Origin: a virus
Taxonomy: Duplodnaviria > Caudoviricetes
DNA: 64,000 bases
Reading direction: 5' to 3' (one strand)
Virus record (IMG/VR): IMGVR_UViG_3300021425_002620
Position numbers and translations under genes: made by a program
Notes under the pieces: generated by a model
What the model saw: only the letters and a program-made list of their open reading frames with translations
Databases searched by the model: none
What the model was told of the DNA's origin: nothing
Shown here: piece after piece, positions 63,115-64,000 of the stretch
How positions within the stretch are numbered: the stretch's first letter is position 1
How the letters are laid out: every line of letters begins with the position of its first letter

Positions 63115-63480
63115 CTGCTATTTTTGGTAACAAGGTATAACTACCCCGTAGCGATCACGCCGCTAATGCAAAGTTTTCGTTTGCGTTTGTTTTGTTTCTT
63201 GCGTTAACCGAGCTTGCGCCGGACAACTCCACTCATCTATGCCGTGTATCGATCCTAGTTCGCCCCCATCATAAAAACACTATCCACAACACTTTGGCTT
63301 TTGTCTGCCTGCTCTCCAAGCACGGAAATCGATAACCCATTTCGTCACACACATTCCTAGTAGTGCGGCTAAACTTGTGTATTGTATTCCTGTCCAAATT
63401 AATGCCATTATAGTGTCCTTATGGTGGAGGCGCCGGGTACCGCCCCCGGGTCTACTCCGTCGTCAAATTGCTTCAACATT
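63115..63480 (-). ncRNA. ssrA: Circularly permuted two-piece tmRNA (alphaproteobacterial type)
   Basis: Acceptor piece ends GACCCGGGGGCGGTACCCGGCGCCTCCACCA (3' end 63422); coding piece starts GGGGGCGAACTAGGATCGA at 63267; tag reading frame ANENFALAA-TGA at 63184-63155; outer ends approximate. Confidence 0.93.
63280..63408 (-). CDS. 42-aa putative membrane peptide inside the tmRNA intervening segment (MALIWTGIQYTSLAALLGMCVTKWVIDFRAWRAGRQKPKCCG)
   Basis: Hand-translated; TAAGGA SD 7 nt before ATG, immediately after the acceptor CCA. Confidence 0.6.
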   Translation of the reverse strand: MALIWTGIQYTSLAALLGMCVTKWVIDFRAWRAGRQKPKCCG

Positions 63481-63486
63481 GTATAT

Positions 63487-63519
63487 TATTTATAACACAC
63501 TCAGACCGAGTAAGTCAAG
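63487..63519 (-). promoter_or_regulatory. Composite promoter of tmRNA: perfect late box TATAAATA (63494-63487) with TTGACT upstream
   Basis: Read directly; overlaps the stop of the upstream ORF. Confidence 0.7.
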
Positions 63520-63804
63520 TTCTAATTCTTCTTGTTCTTTAGATTTTTTACCTGGTCGAATAGGTTCTAACCAAGTGTCTGCAATATATGCTCTAGGGCT
63601 CGGTCCTAGTTGAATGTCTAAATCTTCTGCTTCAATCCACCAATAGTGATCTGATACTAATGCTTGACATACTACACCTCTAAAGGCAAACTGTGAACCC
63701 TGTTGAAACTTTCCAATATACTCTGCTACTTTAACAATTCGTCCTACATTGCTAGGATTCATAGAGTATATTATTTTTGCTACATCACCTTTGTTACACT
63801 TCAT
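63490..63804 (-). CDS. Hypothetical protein
   Basis: 104-aa ORF, ATGA-type overlap upstream; IADTWLEPI motif. Confidence 0.6.
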   Translation of the reverse strand: MKCNKGDVAKIIYSMNPSNVGRIVKVAEYIGKFQQGSQFAFRGVVCQALVSDHYWWIEAEDLDIQLGPSPRAYIADTWLEPIRPGKKSKEQEELELDLLGLSVL

Positions 63805-64000
63805 TCTTTTTTATTTTATTACTTTCATGTTTTATTAGTAGTGCATTGACTTCATCTGTTTTACGCAACCAACCGTCTTCATCTACTATGTAAACATCAC
63901 CTGGGCTATATAAGACGGTCTTGTCAGGAATTTTATTACCATCCTTATCAAAGCCCATTACTTCTCCGGGCCAGTCGCCTTCTACTCTAAATCTATTTAA

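Overview
The window (AT-rich, almost all genes on the minus strand) is a 64-kb piece of a large T4-like myophage genome, probably infecting a marine alphaproteobacterium. The host inference rests on a circularly permuted two-piece tmRNA with tag ANENFALAA and a hemO-pcyX-like bilin cassette. The T4-like inference rests on recurring (T/A)ATAAATA late-promoter boxes alongside GTTGACA-N16/18-TATAAT early promoters. From left to right it holds: very large virion structural genes (1-14.5 kb); accessory and metabolic genes (IscA-like, UvsE, QueD, glycosyltransferases, deaminase, ATP-dependent ligase); eight tRNAs; ClpP, TilS, IF-1 and a peroxiredoxin; a curli-like operon (CsgF, CsgG, two curlin-repeat proteins, FecR) followed by a CHASE2 adenylate cyclase; a chaperone/bilin operon (guaC, groES, dnaK, hsp20, clpS, hemO, FDBR) with bS21; envelope lipoproteins, a SleB hydrolase and two outer-membrane barrels; and tmRNA. 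The top finding is a complete ribosome-dependent attenuator (promoter, 20-aa leader MFKTVTTNFRWCPPRGRGLS, protector, antiterminator, terminator) directly in front of tRNA-Trp/Pro/Cys/Arg. Its consecutive control codons CGT-TGG-TGC-CCG-CCA are exactly those read by the four downstream tRNAs, which suggests on-demand tRNA supply. Second is a 42-aa membrane-peptide ORF with a strong SD that fills the intervening segment of the permuted tmRNA. All product calls come from motif recognition by eye; no database searches were run.
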